Source of the DNA: an uncultured Methanobrevibacter sp.
Lineage (GTDB): Archaea > Methanobacteriota > Methanobacteria > Methanobacteriales > Methanobacteriaceae
Assembly: GCA_902794475.1 (NCBI GenBank)
Contig: CADBHR010000002.1
Location: 22,263-86,262, forward strand
Reading direction: 5' to 3'
Length of the DNA: 64,000 nucleotides
The notes below the pieces were generated by a model that saw only the letters and a program-made list of their open reading frames with translations, was not told where the DNA came from and did no database searches. Shown here piece after piece: positions 9,270 to 19,223 of the stretch; the first letter of the stretch is position 1; every line of letters starts with the position of its first letter. Both the position numbers and the translations under genes were made by a program.

Positions 9270-9614
9270 ATGAAATTAATCAACAGTTTTAAATATGCAA
9301 TTGAAGGACTCATCAACACAGCAAATGTTGAGAGAAACTTGAAGATCCATCTTACAGCAACAGTTTGCGTAATCATTTTAGGATTAATAGTCAAATTATC
9401 AAAAATGGAATGGGTCATCTGCATTATATTAATCGGACTTGTAATAACTGCGGAACTGTTTAACACCGCTTTAGAAAAGACATTGGATTACATAAATGAG
9501 GATTATGATGCAGACATCAAGTTCATCAAGGACGCTTCAGCCGCAGCAGTTTTGGTGATGGCCATTTCATCCGCAATTATTGGATTAATGATTTTTCTTC
9601 CAAAATTGCTTTGA
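9270..9614 (+). CDS. dgkA: DgkA-family membrane kinase (diacylglycerol/undecaprenol kinase)
   Basis: SFKYAIEG...ERNLKIH, ELFNTALE..D, KDASAAAV; three hydrophobic segments. ATG 9270 preferred over TTG 9204. Confidence 0.8.
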   Translation: MKLINSFKYAIEGLINTANVERNLKIHLTATVCVIILGLIVKLSKMEWVICIILIGLVITAELFNTALEKTLDYINEDYDADIKFIKDASAAAVLVMAISSAIIGLMIFLPKLL

Positions 9615-10023
9615 CTTTTTTTAGGCAGCGGCGGATTTCACAAAAGCATGCATCATAAACCTTAAAATCTCCATCGACAGGGTCATTAATGTCTGGAGGA
9701 TATTCCTTGATAAACTGTTTGATTGTACAAATTTTTAGATTGGGATAGTAAATCTTTACCTTTTCAGTATAGAACTCCTCCAAAGTCAAAACCAGATCCA
9801 TATCCCCAATATTAGAGCTTCTGAAGTTGGTTGCCCTATGATTTGACAGGTCAATTCCATGAGACTTGCACACATCAACAGTCAACTGAGAAGACATCTT
9901 GCCCGTTTGGGCCATTATGCCTGAAGAGTAGACTTCAATGCCATCACCAACCATCTGCTTAAATATCGCTTCCGCCATTGCACTTCTTGAAGTATTCGCA
10001 TAACATACAAACATTATTTTCAT
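9577..10023 (-). CDS. Low-molecular-weight phosphatase (YwlE-like P-loop)
   Basis: VCYANTSRSAMAE and INDP. Confidence 0.85.
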   Translation of the reverse strand: MKIMFVCYANTSRSAMAEAIFKQMVGDGIEVYSSGIMAQTGKMSSQLTVDVCKSHGIDLSNHRATNFRSSNIGDMDLVLTLEEFYTEKVKIYYPNLKICTIKQFIKEYPPDINDPVDGDFKVYDACFCEIRRCLKKVKAILEEKSLIQ

Positions 10024-10145
10024 AAAATCACCTCGTGTAAATGTTCAAAGAATCCTCATCATCAAGACTTTCCATTGCATTTCAAACTGCTGACATCTTC
10101 CTAAACATCATATATTATATTATTTCAAGAATATTTAACTTCCCT

Positions 10146-10159
10146 AAATGAAATGCTTT
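10146..10159. promoter_or_regulatory. AAAT-N6-CTTT box between the divergent LMW phosphatase and methyltransferase genes
   Basis: AAATGAAATGCTTT, with TATA-like elements 6 bp away on both sides (TTTATTAA on +, GTTAAATA on -). Confidence 0.6.
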
Positions 10160-10207
10160 AACCGATTTATTAATATTCAAATTCAAGGATTTAATTGAGG
10201 TGATTGT

Positions 10208-10732
10208 ATGGATGCAATTATTAACGAATACAAAAAATATGGAGTAGATACCTTCTACAGGCTTCACAGTCGGGATTATGAAAATCCTCACATAGATATA
10301 ATTGAAAATCTCTTATCTCATGCAAAGACAGAATGGAACATATCCGGAAACATTTTAGATTTGTGCTGCGGAAGCGGAGAAGTATCCCATATGCTTGAAG
10401 ACTGCAATGTGGATGGAATAGACCCATATACAAAAGAGCTCTATGAAGCAAACACCGGAAATGACTGCATCCCAATGACCTTCAAGGACATAGTGGAAAA
10501 TGGAATTGGAAAGGAATATGATTTTGTAATCTGCTCATATGCAATGCATTTGTGTGAAAAATCGATGCTTCCGATGTTACTTTACCGCATTGGGGAAGTC
10601 AGCGACAACTTGATCATCTTAACTCCACACAAAAAACCGGATTGTAATGGAAATTTCTTTAAGGAAGTTTCCAGAATTAAAAAAGAAAGAAGAACAATAA
10701 TTTTGTACAAAAACAGATTATCAAATGTTTAA
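10208..10732 (+). CDS. Class I SAM-dependent methyltransferase
   Basis: ILDLCCGSGE motif I, GIDP, YDFVICSYAMH; GAGGTG RBS. Confidence 0.8.
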   Translation: MDAIINEYKKYGVDTFYRLHSRDYENPHIDIIENLLSHAKTEWNISGNILDLCCGSGEVSHMLEDCNVDGIDPYTKELYEANTGNDCIPMTFKDIVENGIGKEYDFVICSYAMHLCEKSMLPMLLYRIGEVSDNLIILTPHKKPDCNGNFFKEVSRIKKERRTIILYKNRLSNV

Positions 10733-10752
10733 TGGAGTTTTACCTCCATTAA
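10729..10752 (+). terminator. Inverted repeat at the methyltransferase stop
   Basis: TTAATGGAG...CTCCATTAA. Confidence 0.45.
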
Positions 10753-10784
10753 CCATTAATTTCAAAAAAAAGTTTTCCTTAATG

Positions 10785-10798
10785 AAAGCAATTCCTTT
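10785..10798. promoter_or_regulatory. AAAG-N6-CTTT box (AAAGCAATTCCTTT)
   Basis: 6 bp upstream of TTTAATAA on +; identical to the box at 28512. Confidence 0.6.
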
Positions 10799-10847
10799 AT
10801 GCGATTTAATAATAATGTATTATAAAGTCATTTATAGGTGTTAAGAA

Positions 10848-11033
10848 ATGGCGAGAAAATGGTTATTACATACTTATAAACCACAAAAATATTATAATTA
10901 TTGTCAAAACAATCATTATAAATTAAAATTAACTAATTTTATACCAATAAATCCCATTTTTTCTAACAACTATGATTTTACTTTTATAATACAACTCTTT
11001 TTAAAAAATAACAATTATAGGCGATTAACATGA
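10848..11033 (+). CDS. Possible small or leader ORF translationally coupled to the TPR gene
   Basis: AGGTG RBS, box and TATA upstream, ATGA overlap with 11030; however the composition is very AT-rich and intergenic-like. Confidence 0.25.
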   Translation: MARKWLLHTYKPQKYYNYCQNNHYKLKLTNFIPINPIFSNNYDFTFIIQLFLKNNNYRRLT

Positions 11034-11989
11034 AAACTAATGAGATTAACAAAAAAATTGAAGAAGCAATGGACTATATTCAAAACGATACTGCTAAAGC
11101 TATTAGAATTTTCGATGAGATTTTGGAAAGTGAACCTGAAAACATCGAAGCCATTAACGGGAAAGGATCCTCACTGATGAAACTAAACCGTATGAACGAA
11201 GCGGAAAACTATTTTGACTATTCCCTATCGATTGAAAAAACTTCATCTGCATATATAAGCAAAGGGATAATCAGCAAAAACAGAAAAAATTACAGGGAGG
11301 CATTGAGTTTTTATGAAAAAGCAATTGAAATAAATCCCATTTTGAAGGACATCGTAACCATTCTCAAAAATGAGATAAACGTGATAATCGGCAATGAAAT
11401 AGAAATCAACATGTACAACACCAGAACCAATGAATTAATAAAAAAAGGCATGTCATATAAACAATCCAACAGATTATGGGATGCACTTGATTGTTATGAA
11501 AAAGCAATTAAAACCGATGAATCCTGTAAAAATTCAGTTCAAGCATCAATCAATGACATTAAATCAATTTTAGAGCATGAACTGATGATCAAGACGCCAG
11601 AACTTGGAAATTCACGAACTGACCAATTAAAAATCAAAAGCCTGAGATTGTTTTTGATTGAAAAAGATCCTAAACAAGCCCTAACCATCATGAACCTTAT
11701 TTTAGACGAAAATGAAAATGATATTGACGCATTGAACCAAAAGGGATGTGTTTTGTTTTCATTTGATGAATGCAATCAAGCCATTGAATGTTTTAATAAA
11801 TGTTTAAATCTTGATAAAAATTATAATTACGCTCTTTTTAACAAAGCAATTGTTCTAAGAAGGACAAATGATTTGGATGCCTCCTTAGACTGCTTTGATG
11901 AACTTTTAAAAACACCGCAAAACTATGACAAAATGAAACCATACCAATTAGAAATATTAGACAAACTCCATGAAAGAGCCATAACCTAA
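11030..11989 (+). CDS. Tetratricopeptide repeat protein
   Basis: Repeated KG...A...Y/F.KA...P 34-aa units. Confidence 0.85.
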   Translation: MKTNEINKKIEEAMDYIQNDTAKAIRIFDEILESEPENIEAINGKGSSLMKLNRMNEAENYFDYSLSIEKTSSAYISKGIISKNRKNYREALSFYEKAIEINPILKDIVTILKNEINVIIGNEIEINMYNTRTNELIKKGMSYKQSNRLWDALDCYEKAIKTDESCKNSVQASINDIKSILEHELMIKTPELGNSRTDQLKIKSLRLFLIEKDPKQALTIMNLILDENENDIDALNQKGCVLFSFDECNQAIECFNKCLNLDKNYNYALFNKAIVLRRTNDLDASLDCFDELLKTPQNYDKMKPYQLEILDKLHERAIT

Positions 11990-12414
11990 AAATCATGAAT
12001 CTCAACTATTTTTTCCAAAGATTCCCTAATCTCTAAAAAGCAGTTTTCATAATCATCAAAATCTCCACCGATTGGATCTGCAATGTCTTCATATCCACAT
12101 TCGGCATATTCATTGATTGTGCGGATTTCCAAATTAGGAAAAGCATTCAATAGCTCTTTCTTATGACGATACTCTGCTGTTAAAATCAAATCATCATAAG
12201 CGAGATTTACCCCGCCGATGTTTTGTGAGGAATGATTTGTCAAATCCAAACCATACTTTTCACAGACCTTTATGGCATTGGGCGCTGCCTTTTCACCATA
12301 AGAGGCATAAATCCCTGCAGAGATTACTTCAGCATCCCTGACCAAATCCTTAAATATCGCTTCGGCCATCGGACTTCTGCAGGTGTTTCCTGTACAAACA
12401 AATACCACTTTCAT
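11986..12414 (-). CDS. Low-molecular-weight phosphatase (YwlE-like)
   Basis: VCTGNTCRSPMAE, SAG, IADPIGG; start placed at MKVVF. Confidence 0.85.
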   Translation of the reverse strand: MKVVFVCTGNTCRSPMAEAIFKDLVRDAEVISAGIYASYGEKAAPNAIKVCEKYGLDLTNHSSQNIGGVNLAYDDLILTAEYRHKKELLNAFPNLEIRTINEYAECGYEDIADPIGGDFDDYENCFLEIRESLEKIVEIHDF

Positions 12415-12433
12415 ATTATCCCCGTTTGAACCC

Positions 12434-12880
12434 TTAATCTCTTGCGAATTCCTCATGAGTTTCAAGAATTTTTTCCAAAGCCTCCTTTATCTCAAAAAAG
12501 CAAACAACATAATCTCCCCGACTGTCCTCTGAAGGGTCCTTAATGTCAAAATCTTCGTATTCACCACTATATTGTCTAATGGTATATGCAGTTACATAAG
12601 GATATAATTTCAATATCTTATCCCGGGCTGATTCTGTTGCAGCCAAAACAAGATCAAACTCATTGAAATCAACATCTGACACGTTTGTTGTTCGAAACTC
12701 CGACAGGTCAATGCCGTGTTTTCGGCATACAATTATTGCATTTTCAGATGCCTTTTCGCCTGAAAATGTGGAAAATCCCGCTGAAGAAACTTCAACACCA
12801 CTTGTCATCTGTTTAAAAATTCCCTCAGCCATAGGACTTCTTGAAGTGTTTCCACTGCAAACAAAAATTATTTTCATCAT
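12434..12880 (-). CDS. Low-molecular-weight phosphatase (YwlE-like)
   Basis: VCSGNTSRSPMAE, SAG, IKDP. Confidence 0.85.
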   Translation of the reverse strand: MMKIIFVCSGNTSRSPMAEGIFKQMTSGVEVSSAGFSTFSGEKASENAIIVCRKHGIDLSEFRTTNVSDVDFNEFDLVLAATESARDKILKLYPYVTAYTIRQYSGEYEDFDIKDPSEDSRGDYVVCFFEIKEALEKILETHEEFARD

Positions 12881-13641
12881 TTCAAACCTATAATTTCCCG
12901 AAATCTCTCATTGTATTTTTCAATGTCTCTTTTAGGTGCTTTGAATTTGTTTTTGGTGAATCCGTCAATGGATTCTCCAATCCAATCATGAATCATAGTC
13001 AAATCTTCATATTCAACATCTTCAATTGTCAAGTTTGAATAAGCACCCCTTAAAGTTAAAATTGCACTTTCCAAATCATCTTCAAGGTCATTTAACCTAA
13101 TCAATTCGGCAAAATTCATTGGAGGCAATATCCTCTTGTCAAGCAATTTCCAGGCAAGGGTGCACCTGATTACATATAATGTCTTTTTAACTATTTTGAC
13201 ATCATTCAAGTCATTTCCTTCAATGTATTTCTTGTTTGTTTTGAAAGCAAGACCATAGTAATGATGCTTTAGGATTTCCGGATTGAAATCCGGCAGATCC
13301 CTGAACATCCCGATTTCATCAGGAACATATTTTACAGGAGATATGATCCATTCCCTCAAGTTCGGATTGCTTTTGAAATGGAGATGCAAAGCCTTTTTAA
13401 CATCCCATCCGACAAAATCGAACAGTCCGTCATCAGCCTCATAGACATCCTCAAACTTGTCCAGAACAAGATATTTTGAAATGTCATTTTGCCTGTAAAT
13501 GAATCGGACATCATAATCTGAATTTTTATTATAGTGACCCCATGCTCTTGAACCTGTTTCGACTGCAAGCAGAATTTCTATGTTTTGTGTTTTTTCTATT
13601 TCATTTAACTTTTCTAAAATCTGTTCTCTCATAGTAATCAC
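12877..13641 (-). CDS. Pol-beta superfamily nucleotidyltransferase, RlaP/YcgL type
   Basis: ETGSRAWG...SDYDVRFIY, GWDVKKAL, SNPNLREW. Confidence 0.85.
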   Translation of the reverse strand: MITMREQILEKLNEIEKTQNIEILLAVETGSRAWGHYNKNSDYDVRFIYRQNDISKYLVLDKFEDVYEADDGLFDFVGWDVKKALHLHFKSNPNLREWIISPVKYVPDEIGMFRDLPDFNPEILKHHYYGLAFKTNKKYIEGNDLNDVKIVKKTLYVIRCTLAWKLLDKRILPPMNFAELIRLNDLEDDLESAILTLRGAYSNLTIEDVEYEDLTMIHDWIGESIDGFTKNKFKAPKRDIEKYNERFREIIGLK

Positions 13642-13680
13642 TTTATTAAAGATATAGTTTTTTGAATATTTAAATTAGGT

Positions 13681-13740
13681 AAATGAACCACTTTATCTGA
13701 AATATGAAAGCAAATCCTTTATCCATAAAGAAAACACTTT
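13681..13740. promoter_or_regulatory. Three tandem boxes (13681-13694, 13707-13720, 13727-13740) between the divergent nucleotidyltransferase and glmS genes
   Basis: AAATGAACCACTTT, AAAGCAAATCCTTT, AAAGAAAACACTTT; the outer two are each 6 bp from a TATA-like element (TTTAAATA on -, TTTATACT on +). Confidence 0.65.
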
Positions 13741-13801
13741 ATTCGATTTATACTACCTTAAAACCAATTCATTAATAATGATTAAAATTTGAGGTGAAAA
13801 T

Positions 13802-15580
13802 ATGTGCGGAATTGTTGGATGCATATTAAAAGAAAAAAAAGATGCAGCACCGGTTCTATTTGAATGTATTCAAAATTTGGAATACAGAGGATACGATTCA
13901 ATCGGGCTTGCCACTTATGATAATAGAATAAATGTCAAAAAAGGCAAAGGAGACATTAAAAAAGTAAACAGAGAACAGAACTTTAAAAACATGAGCGGAT
14001 CTTACGGCATTGCCCATACCAGATGGGCATCAACAGGAAAGCCTACACCTGAAAACGCTCATCCTCACTTGGATGACACCAATACTGTAGCTGTTGTCCA
14101 TAACGGTACTTTGGAAAACCATAGCGAAATCAGAGATGATTTAATCAAAGAAGGTCACGAATTCATATCAACAACTGATACTGAAGTGATTCCTCATATG
14201 ATTAAAAAATTTATGGACGAAGGCCTGAATTTGGAGGATGCCGTGAAAAAATGCTGTGAGAAAATTGAAGGGTCATATGCAATAGTTGCAATGTCCAAGG
14301 ACGAACCTGACAAACTTGTTGCAACAAGAAAAGATTCACCTTTAATTGTTGCATTTGGAAAGGAAGGTTATTTCGTCGCTTCAGACACCCCTGCAGTGCT
14401 TGATTATGCACGTGATGTGATAAGGCCAAAAGAGGGAGAGATTGCAATACTTACAAAAGAAGGCATTGAAATCCATGATGAAAACGGCAAGGAAATTAAA
14501 AAAGTCCCACAGCACATTGATTGGTCTCCGGAGATGGCCAAAAAAGAGGGTTTTGACCATTTTATGATTAAGGAAATCACAGAACAATCTGCAGCCGTTA
14601 AAAACACTTTAGGTCAAAGGGCAAATATCGAAAAGATAATCAAAAGCATTGGAGATGTCAAAAGGATCTGCTTTGTTGCCTGCGGAACATCATATCACGC
14701 TTCAATTACAGGGAAATATCTAATCGAGTCCCTTGCAGGCATCGCATGTGATGTGGTCATTGCATCAGAGTTCAAATACACTGCAAAAACATGGAATGAG
14801 GATACACTGGTTATTTTCATTTCACAATCTGGGGAAACCTTTGATTCACGTATGGCATTAAAAGAAGCCAGAAAAACATCAAAAACATTGGCTATCGTTA
14901 ATGTTGCAGGTTCTGCAATGACTGAAGAAGCAGAATACTTCATTCAAACTCAGGCAGGTCCTGAAATAGGAGTTGCCGCAACAAAAACATACCTTGCGCA
15001 ACTAACCGCAATCTATCTATTCGCCGCTTTGATGGCTAAAGACGAAAAGCTAATCAGAGAATTGTACAAGGTTCCTAAATACATTGATGAAGTGGTAAAT
15101 GAAAGGGAATCCATCAAGGAGATATCAAAAAGATATGACTTTGCAAAAAATGCATTCTATCTTGGACGTGGATTTTCCTATCCGATTGCTCTTGAAGGAG
15201 CATTGAAACTAAAGGAAATCACCTACATCCATGCAGAAGGTTATGCCGCAGGAGAGCTTAAGCATGGCCCATTGGCATTGATCGATGAAAAAGTTCCAGT
15301 CATTGTAGTTATTCCTCCTGGAGACGACTACAGCAAAACAATGGTTAACTTGGAAGAAGTCAAAGCCCGTGGTGCAATAATTCTAAGTGTCTGCGCCAAA
15401 GGTGATAAAAAAACTGCTGAAAACTCAAAAGAAGTAATCGAAATCAATGCAGAAGTTGGAGACATTATTGCCCCATTGGTTTATGCCGTGCCTTTGCAGT
15501 TGATTTCATATTATGTGACATGCGACAAGGGCTATAACCCTGATAAGCCAAGAAACCTTGCAAAAGTAATTACAGTATAG
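13802..15580 (+). CDS. glmS: Glutamine--fructose-6-phosphate aminotransferase (divergent copy)
   Basis: MCGIVG, EYRGYDS, HTRWA, HNG, SQSGET, EGALKLKE, ELKHGP, DKPRNLAK. Confidence 0.92.
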   Translation: MCGIVGCILKEKKDAAPVLFECIQNLEYRGYDSIGLATYDNRINVKKGKGDIKKVNREQNFKNMSGSYGIAHTRWASTGKPTPENAHPHLDDTNTVAVVHNGTLENHSEIRDDLIKEGHEFISTTDTEVIPHMIKKFMDEGLNLEDAVKKCCEKIEGSYAIVAMSKDEPDKLVATRKDSPLIVAFGKEGYFVASDTPAVLDYARDVIRPKEGEIAILTKEGIEIHDENGKEIKKVPQHIDWSPEMAKKEGFDHFMIKEITEQSAAVKNTLGQRANIEKIIKSIGDVKRICFVACGTSYHASITGKYLIESLAGIACDVVIASEFKYTAKTWNEDTLVIFISQSGETFDSRMALKEARKTSKTLAIVNVAGSAMTEEAEYFIQTQAGPEIGVAATKTYLAQLTAIYLFAALMAKDEKLIRELYKVPKYIDEVVNERESIKEISKRYDFAKNAFYLGRGFSYPIALEGALKLKEITYIHAEGYAAGELKHGPLALIDEKVPVIVVIPPGDDYSKTMVNLEEVKARGAIILSVCAKGDKKTAENSKEVIEINAEVGDIIAPLVYAVPLQLISYYVTCDKGYNPDKPRNLAKVITV

Positions 15581-15621
15581 TCATGAAGCACGATTTGCTT
15601 CATGATTTTTCTTATTTTTTT
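15581..15621 (+). terminator. Hairpin plus T-tract after glmS
   Basis: TCATGAAGCA...TGCTTCATGA followed by TTTTTCTTATTTTTT. Confidence 0.6.
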
Positions 15622-15699
15622 AATATTCTATAGACAAATCCCATTTATATTGACTGACTTTTTCATTAAAATGATGGAACGGTGTATGAAACGATGAAT

Positions 15700-16755
15700 T
15701 TAGACTGACCTTTCATATATAACAAGACCGCAACTTTTACAACACAATCCCAACTCATCATAAATCAATTCTTTTCTGCCACATTCAGGACATGTCAGTT
15801 CACAAGCCTTCAAGGCAACATTATTGCAATCCATACAAATCAAATCACCATCAAGGACAAAGTTGGATCCTCCGCAATAGATGCACTTAAGTTTAAAGTC
15901 AGAATTACTCTGGTTAATTTGTCCATCTTCAACATGTTTCAAGCTAAAGGCAGAGGTATCCTCCAATGAGGAGCATTCATCAAACATCCTCTTCATCTTT
16001 TTCAGATTTGAAACATCCCAATTTCCCAATGCGTCAATATCAAAAAGTCCTCTGCAGTCATAAAACATGAACCTCATATCCTCAACATCGCTTACGTCCC
16101 AATCATTCAATGAATCGAGATTTTCAAGACCGAAACATTCAAAAAACATTCCCTTCATGAATTTGACATTGCTGACATCCCATGATTTCAGAAATGAAAT
16201 GTCTTTCAGACTTCTGCAATACCCAAATGCCCATCCCATAGATGAAACATTGCTGACATCCCAGTTGTCGATACCATGGATTGACGTTAGATTCCTGCAA
16301 TCGTTGAAAATGCTTTGCATTTCACAGACATTGCTCACATCCCATGTGTCCAAACCTGAAAGGGTAGTTAGGTTATTCAACTGGAGGAATGTCTCATTTA
16401 AGGAGGTTACATTATTCGTCAATCCCTGGCAAACTATTGCCTTTACATTTCTAAGCGGATTTTCACCATACCAATTAAAAACGGATGAATCATCACCATA
16501 CTGCTTTTTAACAACATTCCCCAGGTAATAATAATCATCGGCATCCTCTAAGCCGGACAGGTCTTCACTGATGAAAATTACATCTTCAGGATTTTCAATA
16601 TCAAGATAATCAGTGAGATTTCGGCCATCCCTTAATATTATAAGGACCCTTAAGTCTCCCAGTTCATAAATGTTTTTTGTTGTGGTGTTCAATTTCTCAA
16701 ATTCCCTTAAATCATCATTGTAAAAATATTTGGAATAATCTACCATTTTCTGCAT
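15700..16755 (-). CDS. DUF285/BspA-like repeat protein with C-terminal zinc ribbons; no signal peptide
   Basis: WDVSNV..M..MF..C..L repeats; CxxC pairs (CIYC, CMDC, CPEC, CKSC). Start uncertain (16746-16779). Confidence 0.8.
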   Translation of the reverse strand: MQKMVDYSKYFYNDDLREFEKLNTTTKNIYELGDLRVLIILRDGRNLTDYLDIENPEDVIFISEDLSGLEDADDYYYLGNVVKKQYGDDSSVFNWYGENPLRNVKAIVCQGLTNNVTSLNETFLQLNNLTTLSGLDTWDVSNVCEMQSIFNDCRNLTSIHGIDNWDVSNVSSMGWAFGYCRSLKDISFLKSWDVSNVKFMKGMFFECFGLENLDSLNDWDVSDVEDMRFMFYDCRGLFDIDALGNWDVSNLKKMKRMFDECSSLEDTSAFSLKHVEDGQINQSNSDFKLKCIYCGGSNFVLDGDLICMDCNNVALKACELTCPECGRKELIYDELGLCCKSCGLVIYERSV

Positions 16756-18652
16756 AATAATCCTCTTTGAATTTTTCATCAGTTATCTTCAAAAATGCCT
16801 CATATCTTAATTCCAATGGAAATGATTCGTCATTTAATATATTTTTCAATTTATCCTGGTTGTCCTCATTGCCTATCTCATCCAATCTAATGTTAAATAA
16901 GATATTTTCAAGTTTTCCTTCCGCTTCACATCTGACATAATAATTGAAATCCTCATTGATTATCCTTTTCAATTCATCAATGTCTGAAATTCCATTTATT
17001 TCATCTATATGCTTCTGACTGTTTATCAGGTCATCCAATGTCTTTTGGGCAATATATGAAACATCACTATCCTCTGATGAAATCAGATTTTTGAGCGGAA
17101 GTTCGTTTTCAATGCGTTTTATATCTTCAAAAAGAGTGTTCAGCCTTTTTTGGGCAATTTGTGAATCATCATTATTAAGGGAAATTATCTGATCTAATAT
17201 TTTCTTGTCGTTGAGCTTTGAAATTGCAAGACGGCGAATGTCATCATCTTTTTCATCCAAAGCCAGATATCTTAATGTCATCCTGAATTTCGTATCATCC
17301 AATGATTCGATTATCGGACGGCGGACAAACAAAAAGTTATCCAGCAATTTCGATGCAGGAATTCCATTTAATGCAACAATCCTCACATCTCTATTGCTGC
17401 TTTTATCCGCTACATCGGCCAAAACATAAGAATCAGTGATAGCTCTAGCCGCTTCAAGACATACCTCACTGTTTTCATCGAAAAGCGCAATATCCCTTAG
17501 GAAAGAATCATGTTCCCCCTTGAAGTTATTTGATAATGATGTGACTGCATGAAGGCGTATTTTCGGATTTTGATGTTTTGACAATTCCTTAAGCAATTCG
17601 GCATCCTTAATATTCAGGATGGCATATAGAGTGGCATCATTATCATTGAGATTTGCTTTAATATATTTTACCAGCACATCTTCATCCTTAATTTTTGAAA
17701 TAGCATGAAAAAGAATATCCTGATTATCTTCTGTAAAAATCAAGTCATTTAAGATTCCCTGGCTTGAAAAACTTCTATTTTTTATTGCCTCCAGCCTGAT
17801 TTTATCGCTAGATTCATTCAAGACAATGTTATTAAGAAATAGTTTATCCGATATAATATTTGCACAAACAATGCGCTGATATTCATCATCACTATTCTCA
17901 AAAATGCTTTTAAAATATTCTGGGCAATTCAAATTAGGATTAAGTGACAAATCATCCAAACGATGGTAAAATGATTTGTTAAAAATTAGTTTGATTAGAT
18001 AATCCTTGTCATCAATCTTTTCACATGCCCAATACCGATTAAATTCATCATCGTCATTTTTTATTACTTCACCCAAGACTTCAAAGTCACACAGATTGGG
18101 ATTTAAAATGGATTCCCTGCGTATGAATACGCTAGAGTCATTTAATGCAAAATCAGATAATATCTTCCCATCAGTGATTTTTGAAACAGCAATCTTTCTA
18201 ATTTCCTCATCGCGCATAGATTTTGCGATGAGCATTATTGTTTCAGGATCATAAGAATCAGTATTTTCAAGTGCTATCTTAACAATGAAATCATTGGGGT
18301 CATTTAAAGCGACATGATTCAAAAGGTCTGCCAAATCAGACTCTGAAAGCAACGATTCAACGATTATACGATTCAGCGTCGCCAGCCGGATATGTGAAAA
18401 TGGATTGTTAAGGCATGTATCAACTAAAAAGTCAATGTCACTAATCTGCTCCATAGCCTTAATGGATACGAACTGTATAGAATCATTAACTAAAATATCT
18501 TTTAAAACTTCCTCGTCTTCAATGTAGGCAACTGCAAATAGGCGAACATGCCAGTCAGAGTCATTACGAGCCACATCAATTATTTTCTCTTGATTGTCCG
18601 AACGTTTGATGAGTTCATTTTTTATATCATAATGTTCATAATAAGATGCCAT
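16715..18652 (-). CDS. HEAT-like alpha-helical repeat protein
   Basis: Recurring IA.ND....VR..A...I.D...L units. Confidence 0.75.
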   Translation of the reverse strand: MASYYEHYDIKNELIKRSDNQEKIIDVARNDSDWHVRLFAVAYIEDEEVLKDILVNDSIQFVSIKAMEQISDIDFLVDTCLNNPFSHIRLATLNRIIVESLLSESDLADLLNHVALNDPNDFIVKIALENTDSYDPETIMLIAKSMRDEEIRKIAVSKITDGKILSDFALNDSSVFIRRESILNPNLCDFEVLGEVIKNDDDEFNRYWACEKIDDKDYLIKLIFNKSFYHRLDDLSLNPNLNCPEYFKSIFENSDDEYQRIVCANIISDKLFLNNIVLNESSDKIRLEAIKNRSFSSQGILNDLIFTEDNQDILFHAISKIKDEDVLVKYIKANLNDNDATLYAILNIKDAELLKELSKHQNPKIRLHAVTSLSNNFKGEHDSFLRDIALFDENSEVCLEAARAITDSYVLADVADKSSNRDVRIVALNGIPASKLLDNFLFVRRPIIESLDDTKFRMTLRYLALDEKDDDIRRLAISKLNDKKILDQIISLNNDDSQIAQKRLNTLFEDIKRIENELPLKNLISSEDSDVSYIAQKTLDDLINSQKHIDEINGISDIDELKRIINEDFNYYVRCEAEGKLENILFNIRLDEIGNEDNQDKLKNILNDESFPLELRYEAFLKITDEKFKEDYYAENGRLFQIFLQ

Positions 18653-18658
18653 ACTACC

Positions 18659-19141
18659 TTATTCAATGTATAACTCATCCAATCTGTCCAAACAAGCTTT
18701 TTTAACTTCCTTATCCTCACTCTCTTTAACAATGATTGCAGTTAAAACATTTGGATTTACTATTTTTTTAATTGCAGCTATTCTGACATGAGGTTCCAAA
18801 TGGTTCAAAGCCAAATCTATCAATGGATTTTCATCCCTTCCTGTTTTTACTTTAAGTTTGGCAACAACAACCTGTTCGGTTTCAATATCTCCGCCATGAG
18901 CTTTTTGTCCATCACCGTGCACCTGACGTTCAACGACAGATTCGCCAAGATACTCATAATCCCAATTGGCATCATCACAAGTCAAATGGTCTAAAATTGA
19001 TTCGCTGCCCAAATATTCATCTTCTTTTGGCCAATGAACATGAACCTTATTGTCCAATGCCTTTGAAATGATTTTCTGACCGGAATTAACATTTTGAATA
19101 GAAGTCTTTACTAAATCGATACGTCTTTCATCAAAATCCAT
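18659..19141 (-). CDS. Hypothetical protein with C-terminal HEAT-like repeats
   Basis: LALNHLEPHVRIAAIKKI...EVKKACLDRL; GGTGA RBS. Confidence 0.65.
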   Translation of the reverse strand: MDFDERRIDLVKTSIQNVNSGQKIISKALDNKVHVHWPKEDEYLGSESILDHLTCDDANWDYEYLGESVVERQVHGDGQKAHGGDIETEQVVVAKLKVKTGRDENPLIDLALNHLEPHVRIAAIKKIVNPNVLTAIIVKESEDKEVKKACLDRLDELYIE

Positions 19142-19223
19142 CTTATCACCAATATATAATATTTAGTTTTAAAAGTTAAAAAGTCTTTTTAATTTCAGGA
19201 AAAAAAATTTAAAATAATCTTTG

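Noticed and set aside
9577-12880. Arsenate reductase (ArsC) assignment for the LMW phosphatases
   Set aside because: P-loops have Thr rather than Ser, two lack the second P-loop Cys, and there are no ars transporter neighbours.
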